Assembly (NCBI GenBank): GCA_038065495.1 | Contig: JBBTQW010000001.1 | Location: forward strand, 1 to 37,257 | DNA: 37,257 nucleotides | Source of the DNA: Patescibacteria group bacterium | GTDB taxonomy: Bacteria > Patescibacteriota > Minisyncoccia > Phycocordibacterales > JACOZG01 | Reading direction: 5' to 3' | Part shown: piece by piece, positions 1-8,575 of the stretch | Numbering within the stretch: the stretch's first letter is position 1 | How the letters are laid out: each line of letters opens with the position of its first letter | Notes under the pieces: model-generated | What the model was told of the DNA's origin: nothing | What the model saw: only the letters and a program-made list of their open reading frames with translations | The model's database searches: none | Position numbers and translations under genes: made by a program

Positions 1-56
1 GAACCGAGGACCTTCGCTTTACAAAAGCGTTGCTCTACCAACTGAGCTAAGGCGGC
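1..56 (-). tRNA. tRNA-Thr(UGU), 3' end cut by the window edge
   Basis: Reverse complement GCCGCCTTAGCTCAGTTGGTAGAGCAACGCTTTTGTAAAGCGAAGGTCCTCGGTTC shows a canonical D arm, anticodon loop TT-TGT-AA and the start of the T loop GGTTC. Confidence 0.95.
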
Positions 57-76
57 AAGATTTTACTTTATCACAA

Positions 77-198
77 TTACAAAAGCGTTACTCCCCGCCT
101 GACTGAACGGCGTCAGTCGTTCGGGCGGGTACCAACCTGAGCCCCGACGCTTCGATCGGGATCCTCGATTTTGTAAACAAAATCGGGACTAAGACGGC
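77..198 (-). pseudogene. Degenerate partial copy of the tRNA-Thr 5' half, interrupted by two palindromic inserts
   Basis: 77-93, 130-142 and 190-198 align in order with tRNA positions 19-35, 36-47 and 48-56 (2 substitutions plus single-base indels). Inserts at 94-129 and 143-188/189. Confidence 0.8.
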
Positions 199-204
199 GA
201 GAAA

Positions 205-597
205 TTAACGATCAACTCTCAAGCTTGTCTCACTACCCGAGAGTGAAGAGAGGAAGAGCGAGGCCGAACCACGCTTGCCGATCACGCCCTTGCCGCGCAC
301 ACTCTCGATAAGGTGAGAAAACTTGCGCTCGAAGAGCGTGAGAATGATTCGCGAAATCACGACTAATTTGCGCATCACGAGCAGCCAGTAGAAATAGATA
401 TAATGACCGAGTTGTTTGAAGAAAAACGAGAATTGGTGAGAGAACTGATTGATTCTGGTCTCAAAAATACTGGTCAACGAAACTGATTCTGATTCTAGGG
501 CAACAACATTAACATTGAGCTTATACCGCCGCGACAAGATCGCGCTAGCAGCTAGTACAGAGAGTGCGATCAGGATAATTGGTAAAAAGATTAGCAT
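205..597 (-). CDS. Hypothetical membrane protein
   Basis: 130-aa ORF with an N-terminal hydrophobic helix, co-oriented 23 bp downstream of tsf. Confidence 0.7.
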   Translation of the reverse strand: MLIFLPIILIALSVLAASAILSRRYKLNVNVVALESESVSLTSIFETRINQFSHQFSFFFKQLGHYIYFYWLLVMRKLVVISRIILTLFERKFSHLIESVRGKGVIGKRGSASLFLSSLSGSETSLRVDR

Positions 598-620
598 GTT
601 AATTTATTTCTTAGTTTATT

Positions 621-1085
621 TTAAGCACCACCAACGGCGAGTGTGGTAAAACGCATCACCTCCAGTCGCTCGCCAAATTTCTGCGTGTAATCTTTTAATA
701 TTTCAGTCACCGTGCGAGTTTGATCTTTTACAAAAGTCTGTTCGAGCAAAGTGGCAACGTCTGATGGCTGGAAAGCCGCCACATGCATAGCTAGATCAGC
801 GGCCAACTGCTGGAACTCGGCCGTCTTGGCCACAAAGTCCGTCTCACAATCCAGCTCTACCAGCGCACCCAATGAGCCACCGGTGTGTACATATTGGCCA
901 ATCACGCCGGCACCCAGAGTGCGACCCGACTTCTTGGCTACAATGTCGGCCCCAGCAGCGCGGAGCGAGGCTAGCGCTTGCCCAGAATCACCACTAGCCG
1001 CTTCTAGCGCTTTTTTACACTGAGCAATGGAGATGCCGGTTTGATCCCGGAGCGCTTTGATTTGTTCTACAGTGATAGCAGACAT
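621..1085 (-). CDS. tsf: Elongation factor Ts, short form
   Basis: IKALRDQTG..CKKAL N-domain and ELDCETDFVAK motif; directly follows rpsB. Confidence 0.95.
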   Translation of the reverse strand: MSAITVEQIKALRDQTGISIAQCKKALEAASGDSGQALASLRAAGADIVAKKSGRTLGAGVIGQYVHTGGSLGALVELDCETDFVAKTAEFQQLAADLAMHVAAFQPSDVATLLEQTFVKDQTRTVTEILKDYTQKFGERLEVMRFTTLAVGGA

Positions 1086-1129
1086 GTGAAAGAAAATTTA
1101 AAAAATTAAAGATTAAAATAAAAACCAGA

Positions 1130-1870
1130 CTAAACTGTGGCGCTAACTGCTGCAGGAGCTGCCACTTGAGCCAACTTCTGACCAGCGCTGTAGGCCTCGG
1201 CTAATTGCTCGGTGAAGAACTTGATACTCTGGATACTAGCGTCATTGGCCACCACCGGATAAGTGATGCCAGCAATATCGCAATCCGAGCCAATCAGCGC
1301 AATCACCGGGATTTTCATCTGTCTGGCTTCGCGGACCACAATCATTTCTTGCTGTGGATCAATTACCACCACAGCCGCTGGCAACTTGGCCATGCCAGAG
1401 AGGCTCTCCAAGTAGCGCTCCAGCCGGGCAATCTCGCGGTCAATCAATAAGCGCTCTTTTTTGGTATAGATAGAAAGCTCACCTTTCTCCCGCTTTTGCT
1501 TGAGATCTTTGAGGCGCTCGATGCGGCCCTTGATTTGCGTCCAGTTGGTAAAGGTCCCGCCGAGCCAACGAGAAGCCACATAGGGCGCGCTCAAGCTCTC
1601 GGCCACGCGGCGGACGGCCTCGCGCGCTTCGTCTTTATTACCCACCCACAGCACTTCTTTGCCCTCTTGGGCGAGTTGTTTGACGAAATCACTAGCCCGA
1701 GCGAGTTGGCTAGCCGTCTGCTCCAGATCAATGACCGCATGACGGTTCTTAAAGCCAAAGATAAACGAGCGCAACGATGGATGACTGCGCGACTTGGAGT
1801 AGCCAAACTGCGCCCCTACGGCGAAGAGTTGCTTAACTAGGCCCTCATTGCTTGATTTCTGATTTACCAT
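1130..1870 (-). CDS. rpsB: 30S ribosomal protein S2
   Basis: GAQFGY, RWLGGTFTNW, PAAVVVIDP and VANDASIQSI motifs; rpsB-tsf synteny. Confidence 0.97.
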   Translation of the reverse strand: MVNQKSSNEGLVKQLFAVGAQFGYSKSRSHPSLRSFIFGFKNRHAVIDLEQTASQLARASDFVKQLAQEGKEVLWVGNKDEAREAVRRVAESLSAPYVASRWLGGTFTNWTQIKGRIERLKDLKQKREKGELSIYTKKERLLIDREIARLERYLESLSGMAKLPAAVVVIDPQQEMIVVREARQMKIPVIALIGSDCDIAGITYPVVANDASIQSIKFFTEQLAEAYSAGQKLAQVAAPAAVSATV

Positions 1871-1882
1871 AAAGCGGAGATA

Positions 1883-1911
1883 AGTATAACAAAAGTCGTC
1901 TAGACTGGCAA
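1883..1911 (-). promoter_or_regulatory. Sigma70 promoter of rpsB-tsf
   Basis: TTGCCA-N17-TATACT with extended TG, 12 nt before the ATG. Confidence 0.7.
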
Positions 1912-1921
1912 CTAGCGGTGC

Positions 1922-3019
1922 CTAGATGGGATTAACCGTGCCCACGCGGTAGTCGAAGGTCGCAGTATCACTACAACTATTTGGTGCCGAGCAATCATCA
2001 ACGGAAATGGTTACAGCGTAAGGATTATTGTCATTCAACACCTGAACAGGACGGGCCACGCGAGTAGTAAGATAAAGCGTTAGGTTGCTACCGCCCTCGT
2101 TAATTGTTATTGGATCAGCACAAGAGCTAAATTGCGAGGTGCTGCCGGCATATGGCGTTCTGGCTAATCGGCAGGTCACGTCGGCTCCAGACAAACCAGC
2201 CGCAGGATGATTGATCCGCAGAGTCGCGGAACCAACCGAGAGAGGAACGGATAATCTGAACTGTGCCGAAGAAGAAACAGCCGGAGAAGAAAGCGGCTGA
2301 CTGTTAATCTCCATCCGATCTTTGCCAATCACCTTCTCAATTGTTGGCTCAGAATCATCAGGCGGATTACCATACCCAGTGTTGCAAACATTGCTCTGTA
2401 AACCGGCACTATCCTCTACATAAACAGAGGCAACATAACTAATCCCCTCGTCGTAATTAGCAAACTGATAAGGATTATTGGCAGTCGGCGCAATTGGGGT
2501 GCCATTTATCGTCCAGTGATAAGTATAGCCAGGCGTGCCGCCAGAGACCGAAGCAGAAAAATCTAGATCTGGACCAACAGCAATAGCGTTACAAGCAGTA
2601 ACCGAGAGTCCGTTGTCTACTCTAACTCTTTTGAAATCCACCCAACCCACCACCTCGTCACCCCAGGCAAAGCCGGTCAAATTATTACCAGATTTAGTGA
2701 CGCCATAACTCGTGCCATTGCCCAGCTTGATCTGGCCGTCCCAACCGCTTGAGCCATTAGCATTAGGCGAGATAGCCCGCGCAAAACCGGTAAAATTAAT
2801 GTTGTTGAAATTTACCCAGCCGATATTACTGGACCAAGCGTAGCCGGATAAATTGTTGCCGTTTAGCTCAACGCCGTAATTCTGGCCATTATTGCCCATG
2901 CTAATCCAGCCGATATTACTGGACCAAGCGTAGCCAGTGAGATCCGCTGCTTGAGTGGTAAGTGCAAAAGAAAAAGTAGCGAGAATTAATAAACTAATTT
3001 GTAATAATTTTTTTAGCAT
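1922..3019 (-). CDS. Secreted/surface protein with GYAW..IGW repeats and a PKD/Ig-like segment (paralog 1)
   Basis: Signal peptide ending TQA-A; three G[YF]AWxxxxGW repeats; SVSGGTPGYTYHW; C-terminus YRVGTVNPI. Confidence 0.85.
   Translation of the reverse strand: MLKKLLQISLLILATFSFALTTQAADLTGYAWSSNIGWISMGNNGQNYGVELNGNNLSGYAWSSNIGWVNFNNINFTGFARAISPNANGSSGWDGQIKLGNGTSYGVTKSGNNLTGFAWGDEVVGWVDFKRVRVDNGLSVTACNAIAVGPDLDFSASVSGGTPGYTYHWTINGTPIAPTANNPYQFANYDEGISYVASVYVEDSAGLQSNVCNTGYGNPPDDSEPTIEKVIGKDRMEINSQPLSSPAVSSSAQFRLSVPLSVGSATLRINHPAAGLSGADVTCRLARTPYAGSTSQFSSCADPITINEGGSNLTLYLTTRVARPVQVLNDNNPYAVTISVDDCSAPNSCSDTATFDYRVGTVNPI
2816..2935. repeat. Perfect 30-bp direct repeat inside the CDS (2816-2845 and 2906-2935)
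   Basis: CCAGCCGATATTACTGGACCAAGCGTAGCC occurs twice with a 90-bp period; it encodes GYAWSSNIGW on the minus strand. Confidence 0.95.
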
Positions 3020-3033
3020 AATTATTTTTTATA

Positions 3034-4542
3034 TTATAACGGATTAACCGTGCCAACGGAATAGTTGAAGAGGAAGGAAACATCGTTATCGGTATTCTCG
3101 GGATCGCCAATGGTGACGCGGTACGGACTGCCCTTGGTGAGATTGGACGATAGTGGCGGCGAGACTTGGATATTAAAGTACGCATTGCTATTTGGCGGCA
3201 AAGTCATGGACGTGCTGGCACAGGCACTGAAGCCTGATTGCACGCCGGGATCATCACCACCAGCATTGCCTGCGCGCAACTGGCACTGGACTGACGCTTG
3301 ATAAGAACCGTCTAATAAATTAATCGACGAATTAGAGAGCGAAATAATTGACTTGACCGCAATGGCGACATCGGCATCCGGAGCCGTCGCGAGATTGCTC
3401 AACTTCTTGGCAGAAGAAATCGCTCGGGAGGAAATTGGCTGGCTGGTAATGGTGATATTCTTGCCATCGCCATCTAGATCCCCTTCGCCATCACCGGTTG
3501 GCTCTTGTTGCCCATCGCAAAAGACGGTCGTAGCCGCGGCGCAAGAAGAAGCACTGCCAGCCGCGTCGATGACATTGAAAGTAGCTAACTGATCACCGTA
3601 ATCCACATCCGTCTCACCCGGACAACTGTAAGAGACTGGTGCATCGAGCGAAGTCTCGTAGCTGCCAGGCGGGACGAAACTCGGATCGTAAACAACGTTG
3701 GCTACACCACTCCACTCCATATAATATGGTTCCGTGCCACCAGCGACTTGAGCATGCCAAACCAGATCATCACCATCGCCAACAGTCGTCACGCCATTAC
3801 TATCCTCCGCTGGACCAAGAATCTGACAGCTGGAAGTGACATTGGCAAAAGAAACGCAATACTCGCCCAAGTAAGGCGGATAAGCCTCGTCATTGCCGCA
3901 CATGCTGATCCAGCCCAAAATGTCGGCGCCCCAAGCATCGCGATGGCCGCCGATAAAGTGTTGCGGATTGGTGTCGCTATCCACTGCCGCGCCATAGGCC
4001 ACGCCACTATCACTGCTCCTAAACTTAATCCAACCATCCCAGCCGCCACGCTCGGTATGATCCTTAAGCGCGCCTGTGCAGTTACTCGCAAAAACAACAC
4101 AAGCTCGCGCCCAGCCGGAGAATCGGCCACCGTTTAGCGAGGAGTCGAGTCGCGCGCCCCAAGGACTATCAAGCGTTGGTGGAGCTGATTCAGAACTCGC
4201 ATATAAATTAGCAATCACCGGGTCAAACTTGATCCAGCCGATGTAGGGATTCCAAGCAAAGCCACTAAGTGGTCGCGAGCCTGTGCCATCTGGTGCTTCT
4301 AGAATCACTCCATAATCAACACCGCCCGCCTGACCGTTGTTATCGAAGCTGATCCAACCAATGCTCGGCGACCAAGCGTAGCCAGAGGCGACTTTGGGAC
4401 TATAGTCTGGCGGATTAAGTGGGTCAATGATCCGCGCCTGGCCGGAGCTGCCCCAACTAAATGTGACGATAAAAAATAAAACTGCCAGCAAGATCAAGAA
4501 AAACTCTCGCTTAGACTTAGGCGCTATTTGAGCTTTTGACAC
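3034..4542 (-). CDS. Secreted/surface protein with GYAW..IGW repeats (paralog 2); start probably GTG 4542 (ORF track 4548)
   Basis: N-terminal hydrophobic helix; SGYAWSPSIGWI, SGFAWNPYIGWI, GGWDGWIKF; C-terminus YSVGTVNPL. TGGTATAAT at 4549-4557 lies 6 nt before GTG 4542. Confidence 0.85.
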   Translation of the reverse strand: MSKAQIAPKSKREFFLILLAVLFFIVTFSWGSSGQARIIDPLNPPDYSPKVASGYAWSPSIGWISFDNNGQAGGVDYGVILEAPDGTGSRPLSGFAWNPYIGWIKFDPVIANLYASSESAPPTLDSPWGARLDSSLNGGRFSGWARACVVFASNCTGALKDHTERGGWDGWIKFRSSDSGVAYGAAVDSDTNPQHFIGGHRDAWGADILGWISMCGNDEAYPPYLGEYCVSFANVTSSCQILGPAEDSNGVTTVGDGDDLVWHAQVAGGTEPYYMEWSGVANVVYDPSFVPPGSYETSLDAPVSYSCPGETDVDYGDQLATFNVIDAAGSASSCAAATTVFCDGQQEPTGDGEGDLDGDGKNITITSQPISSRAISSAKKLSNLATAPDADVAIAVKSIISLSNSSINLLDGSYQASVQCQLRAGNAGGDDPGVQSGFSACASTSMTLPPNSNAYFNIQVSPPLSSNLTKGSPYRVTIGDPENTDNDVSFLFNYSVGTVNPL

Positions 4543-4588
4543 CACCAAATTATACCACGAGTAGCCAGCAAGAACTGTGGATTACTAA

Positions 4589-5563
4589 TTATTTTGCTTC
4601 TTGAGCAGTTTTCGCAGCTTCTTCCAAAGCCCCGATTATCGCCTCCAGGCCACCAGCAAAAATTTTCTCCAAGTTATGCCAAGACTCTTTTAATCTGTGA
4701 TCCGTCACGCGATCTTGAGCAACATTGTAAGTCCGGATTTTTTCCGAGCGATCGCCGGTACCGATCTGCGCACGGCGTGCCGAAGCACTGTTTTTGCTCT
4801 CTTTTTCTTCTTGTTGCGCTTCCAGTTTGGCCGTCAGGATTTGTAGCGCTTTATTTTTATTAGTCGCCTGGCTACGCTCGCTCGTGCTCCGGACCATCAA
4901 GCCAGACGGTTTGTGGATAATTCGCACGGCCGTTTCCACTTTGTTTACATTTTGCCCGCCCTTGCCACCAGCTCGTGAGAAAGTTATTTCCAGATCAGCC
5001 GGATTAAGCACCAGTTTAGAGTGTTGCGAAAGTGGCATAATCGCCACCGATGCTGTAGAAGTGTGGATTCTCCCCTGCTTCTCTGTGGCCGGAATGCGCT
5101 GGATCCGATGGACGCCTGTTTCCCAACGTAGCGCCTCATAAGCGCCTTTGCCAGTGACCTCAAACGAGGCTTCTTTATAACCGCCCAAATCGCTCTGCGA
5201 GTCATCCACGAGCACAAAGCGCCAACCTTGATTCTCGGCAAAGCGCCGATACATTTCTGCCAATTCTCTGGCAAAGAGCGAGGACTCATCACCACCAGCG
5301 CCAGCGCGCACTTCCAAGATCATGCCCATCGGCGCTTCAGCATTCTCGCTATCACCAGAGTTTTTCTCCAGAATATTCTGCGCTTCAGTCTCTAGTGATG
5401 ATTTTAGAGTCTCTAGTTGCTTAATTTCTTCACTCGCTAATTCTGCCATGCTCGGCTCGCTGGTAATTAATACTTGCAGTTCTGTAATTTTTTTCTGCAC
5501 GCGCTCAAACTCGGCCCAAAGATAAGCCGTCTGGGGATTCTGGCGCCACTGTTCGGGATTCAT
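4589..5563 (-). CDS. prfA: Peptide chain release factor 1
   Basis: [25 protein letters not shown] (PxT stop-recognition motif), [21 protein letters not shown]. Confidence 0.96.
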   Translation of the reverse strand: MNPEQWRQNPQTAYLWAEFERVQKKITELQVLITSEPSMAELASEEIKQLETLKSSLETEAQNILEKNSGDSENAEAPMGMILEVRAGAGGDESSLFARELAEMYRRFAENQGWRFVLVDDSQSDLGGYKEASFEVTGKGAYEALRWETGVHRIQRIPATEKQGRIHTSTASVAIMPLSQHSKLVLNPADLEITFSRAGGKGGQNVNKVETAVRIIHKPSGLMVRSTSERSQATNKNKALQILTAKLEAQQEEKESKNSASARRAQIGTGDRSEKIRTYNVAQDRVTDHRLKESWHNLEKIFAGGLEAIIGALEEAAKTAQEAK

Positions 5564-5866
5564 CTAAGCTTCTTTACTCGCTACTTCACTCTCTTCTTTG
5601 CTATTCTCTTTCTTCGCTTTCTTTTCTAGCTTTTTAGTCTGTTTATTTTTTGTGGGAACGGTAGAAGCCTTAGCGCGACGCGTCTTGAACTTCTCTACCC
5701 GACCAGCCGTGTCCATCACCTTTTCTTGACCGGTAAAAAACGGATGACAAGCGGCACAAATTTCCACCGAGATTTTCTCTAGTGTCGAGCCCACTTTATA
5801 CTTAGCACCACAAGCACAGGTCACCTGCGCCTCGTCGTGATAAACCGGATGTAATTCTTTTTGCAT
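5564..5866 (-). CDS. rpmE: 50S ribosomal protein L31 (Zn-binding type, Lys/Glu-rich C-terminal tail)
   Basis: HPVY..VTCACG..EICAACHPFFTG..DTAGRVEKF. Confidence 0.96.
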   Translation of the reverse strand: MQKELHPVYHDEAQVTCACGAKYKVGSTLEKISVEICAACHPFFTGQEKVMDTAGRVEKFKTRRAKASTVPTKNKQTKKLEKKAKKENSKEESEVASKEA

Positions 5867-5897
5867 AATTTTTAGTTCACCGTACAGTAGCAGACTA

Positions 5898-7268
5898 TTA
5901 GTTATTTTGCAATGGATCGATCATATTAAGCTGGATATCCTGCGCTTTGGCCATCACGCTATCACCATAGCTCGCATTGGGCGGTTTTCGTCCCACTTTG
6001 CAGGCCGCGCCAGAATAATACTTACACGCCGCGTTTCGCTCTGCCGTATAAGAACCAGAGGTCGCGCCAAGATCGCTCATGTAGATACCAGTAGCCATAA
6101 AGGCATGCGCCGGATCCCACGGATTGGTGCTATCGGCCGGTAAATTCAACAAACTACCCAATCTGGTTTTAAATATTTCCCACGTTGAGGGGATAAACTG
6201 CGATGGACCCATGCCGCCGCCATAGCCACGATTGGCCGTCCACTTGGCCCCTGGTGGGCACGAGACTGGCGTCATTTTCCAGTCCAAGCCCAGTCTAGCG
6301 GTGATATTCCGGAACGGCGCCGTGTCGCGTGGCGCCTTCATTACTTTCTCAAAAGGCGTGCCCGTGTTCTTGCCCACACCATCGCCAGTATCTAAACTAG
6401 AAAGCAAGCACGAGCCCTGATTTTGCCCCAAATTAGATTCTTGCGTGAGAATAGCCAGAATTAAGGCCGGCCGCACACCCGTCTTAGCACTCGCCAGCGT
6501 GGCATATTCTAAAGCTTTACCAAAGGGAATCGCCGCGGTGTCACGCAAGGCAAATAGCGCAGCCCGGATCTGCGCGGCGCGCTTCTGCCGTTCTTGCAAC
6601 ACTTGTTTGTAAGCCGCCGCTTGGTTCTGATTAATCTTGAGCACCACGCTTCGTTCAGATTCTTTTTTCTCAATTACCTTCTTCTGTGATTCAATCTCTT
6701 CTTGCGCGTCTATTTCCGCATTCTTTTTTTCTTCGAGAACTAACTGCTCTTGATGCGCCTGTTGCTGGAGCGAACGCATATTCTTGAAAGCCTCGTGCAG
6801 AGCTTCCTCAACTTGTGTAAAACTGTCGACATTGCTAAAAACTTCGGTTAATTCCCCATCCGAGAGCATTATCTCCACAAACGAGAGCGACTCCAGATCG
6901 CGTGTATGTCTGATCAGCTCACTTAGCGCGCTCTGTTGCCGTTTGATTTTTTCTGCCAGCGTCTCGATCTTGCCCTGTTGCTTGCCAATATCCGCCTGCA
7001 AGCCAGAAATCGCGGCTTTCTTGGCTTTAATCCGCGCCTGCGCCTGGCTAATCTGACTCTTGAGCAAGTTCACTTCGCCCGCAACTGTCGCCGTATCTTT
7101 CTGTTTGGCCGCAAGTAAGGCTGTTTGGATAGCAATCGCTTGTTCTTCTTTTTCTAATTCCGCCTGCAATTGCGCCCGGCGCGCCTCTACCTCGCCCGGA
7201 TTCTGCGCCAGAGCAAAAGTGGGAAGAGAGAAAAATAGCAAAATGAAGAATACCGCAATTACTCGCAT
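5898..7268 (-). CDS. Secreted coiled-coil protein with a C-terminal lytic murein transglycosylase (MltB/SLT_2-like) domain
   Basis: Signal peptide, long coiled coil, ILAILTQESNLG (catalytic Glu) and GGMGPSQFIPSTW. Confidence 0.85.
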   Translation of the reverse strand: MRVIAVFFILLFFSLPTFALAQNPGEVEARRAQLQAELEKEEQAIAIQTALLAAKQKDTATVAGEVNLLKSQISQAQARIKAKKAAISGLQADIGKQQGKIETLAEKIKRQQSALSELIRHTRDLESLSFVEIMLSDGELTEVFSNVDSFTQVEEALHEAFKNMRSLQQQAHQEQLVLEEKKNAEIDAQEEIESQKKVIEKKESERSVVLKINQNQAAAYKQVLQERQKRAAQIRAALFALRDTAAIPFGKALEYATLASAKTGVRPALILAILTQESNLGQNQGSCLLSSLDTGDGVGKNTGTPFEKVMKAPRDTAPFRNITARLGLDWKMTPVSCPPGAKWTANRGYGGGMGPSQFIPSTWEIFKTRLGSLLNLPADSTNPWDPAHAFMATGIYMSDLGATSGSYTAERNAACKYYSGAACKVGRKPPNASYGDSVMAKAQDIQLNMIDPLQNN

Positions 7269-7296
7269 TGCTGACTATTTTAACACATTTTTACAC

Positions 7297-7335
7297 AAAA
7301 AAAATTGGGCTTCGGTGTGATTAACCAAAGCCCAA
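7297..7335 (-). terminator. Intrinsic terminator of ORFan cassette A
   Basis: Minus strand TTGGGCTTTGGT-loop-ACCGAAGCCCAA followed by T8. Confidence 0.8.
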
Positions 7336-7361
7336 GTGGACACAAATCCAGATCGTGGGTG

Positions 7362-7748
7362 CTATTCGTCAGATCCAATCTTAGTGAAAAAGAGAATCTG
7401 ATCTCCTTTCCCCAATTTCGCTCCCCTGACTTGGGTAGTGGAAAATTCCAAATGATCGTCTCTACGCCAAACCGAGTACATGATCACCATGTTCCGCGAA
7501 AAAGAAACAATCCTTACACCTCGAGGAATCGCCTCGAGGAACTCAACAGACACCGATAGCAAACCCTTCCTGCCAAAAAATCTCGCGCCCGTCTCTTTGA
7601 AGATCTTCATCAGACACTTCCTAGCATCGAGACTATTGAGTTTACGCCGATTCACTAACCAAACCACACACTCGTCACCAACTTTCGGATCCGTAATAGA
7701 CCCAATACCTCTTGAGTTTCTCAAAATATCGGACAAGAAATCTGCCAT
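7362..7748 (-). CDS. Hypothetical protein (ORFan cassette A)
   Basis: 128-aa ORF preceded by GAAAGGAAAGG 2 nt before the ATG and followed by a terminator; no recognisable family. Confidence 0.65.
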   Translation of the reverse strand: MADFLSDILRNSRGIGSITDPKVGDECVVWLVNRRKLNSLDARKCLMKIFKETGARFFGRKGLLSVSVEFLEAIPRGVRIVSFSRNMVIMYSVWRRDDHLEFSTTQVRGAKLGKGDQILFFTKIGSDE

Positions 7749-7851
7749 TGCCTTTCCTTTCTACAAAGAGCTTTCCTGTTTAGTAGCTCAGAACTTTCCG
7801 AACCACCCCAATTTCACTGTCTATCAAAACACTTTTCCTGTTAAGGAGAAA

Positions 7852-8526
7852 CTAAGCCTTAGCCTCGTCAGTTTTTTCTTCACCAGCTGGAGCTTCGACA
7901 CCAGCTTCGTCCTCTTTCTTGCCTTTCTTCTCTACTTCAATACTCGAGAGATCAACTGGCGCGGCTTCCACCACTTCCTCCTTCGCCACCGAGATAGCCG
8001 CCACCACATCATCCGGATTATTGAGCACTTTAACTTCTTTATTCACTTTCAAATCTTTTACCAAAATCTGACTGTCTAAATTAATCAGTTTAGAAATATC
8101 CACTTCGATCTCATGCGGGATATCCATCGGCAACACCTCCACGTGCAGTTCGTGAATAACCTTCACGAGAATACCAGCCAAATCCTTAACCGCCGGCGAA
8201 ACGCCAGAGAAGTTGAGGGGCACGTTAATCTTGAGCACTTTCGTCTTATCCACAATATAGAAATCCGCGTGGAGCGGCTCGCCCGTCACCGGATGCCAAG
8301 CCACTTCTTGCACCAACACGTCTTTGTCACCAGATTCAGTTTTTACCGTTACAACAGTAGACTCACCAGCTTTGGCTAGTAGTTTCTTAAATTCGCCGGT
8401 CTGGACGAAGAGTGGCGTGGCATCTTTTTTGTCGCCATACACGATCACCGGCATTTTGCCGGCCTGCCGCTCACTCTTGAGCTCTTTGCCAAAAATAGAC
8501 CGCTTCTCGGCCGTAATACTTAACAT
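7852..8526 (-). CDS. rplY: 50S ribosomal protein L25 / general stress protein Ctc
   Basis: GKMPVIVYG, QEVAWHPVTGEPLHADFY, TL5 C-domain, acidic tail. Confidence 0.95.
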   Translation of the reverse strand: MLSITAEKRSIFGKELKSERQAGKMPVIVYGDKKDATPLFVQTGEFKKLLAKAGESTVVTVKTESGDKDVLVQEVAWHPVTGEPLHADFYIVDKTKVLKINVPLNFSGVSPAVKDLAGILVKVIHELHVEVLPMDIPHEIEVDISKLINLDSQILVKDLKVNKEVKVLNNPDDVVAAISVAKEEVVEAAPVDLSSIEVEKKGKKEDEAGVEAPAGEEKTDEAKA

Positions 8527-8575
8527 AAAACTGATTATAGCAATTTCGCCAAATTAAGCAAATCCAAGCCCCAAA

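Noticed and set aside
621-1085. EF-Ts as a truncated pseudogene
   Set aside because: Motifs are intact with a clean start and stop; short EF-Ts forms are established.
7480-8079. 199-aa plus-strand ORF
   Set aside because: Overlaps rplY antisense and has no SD or terminator; the minus-strand ORF 7362-7748 has both.
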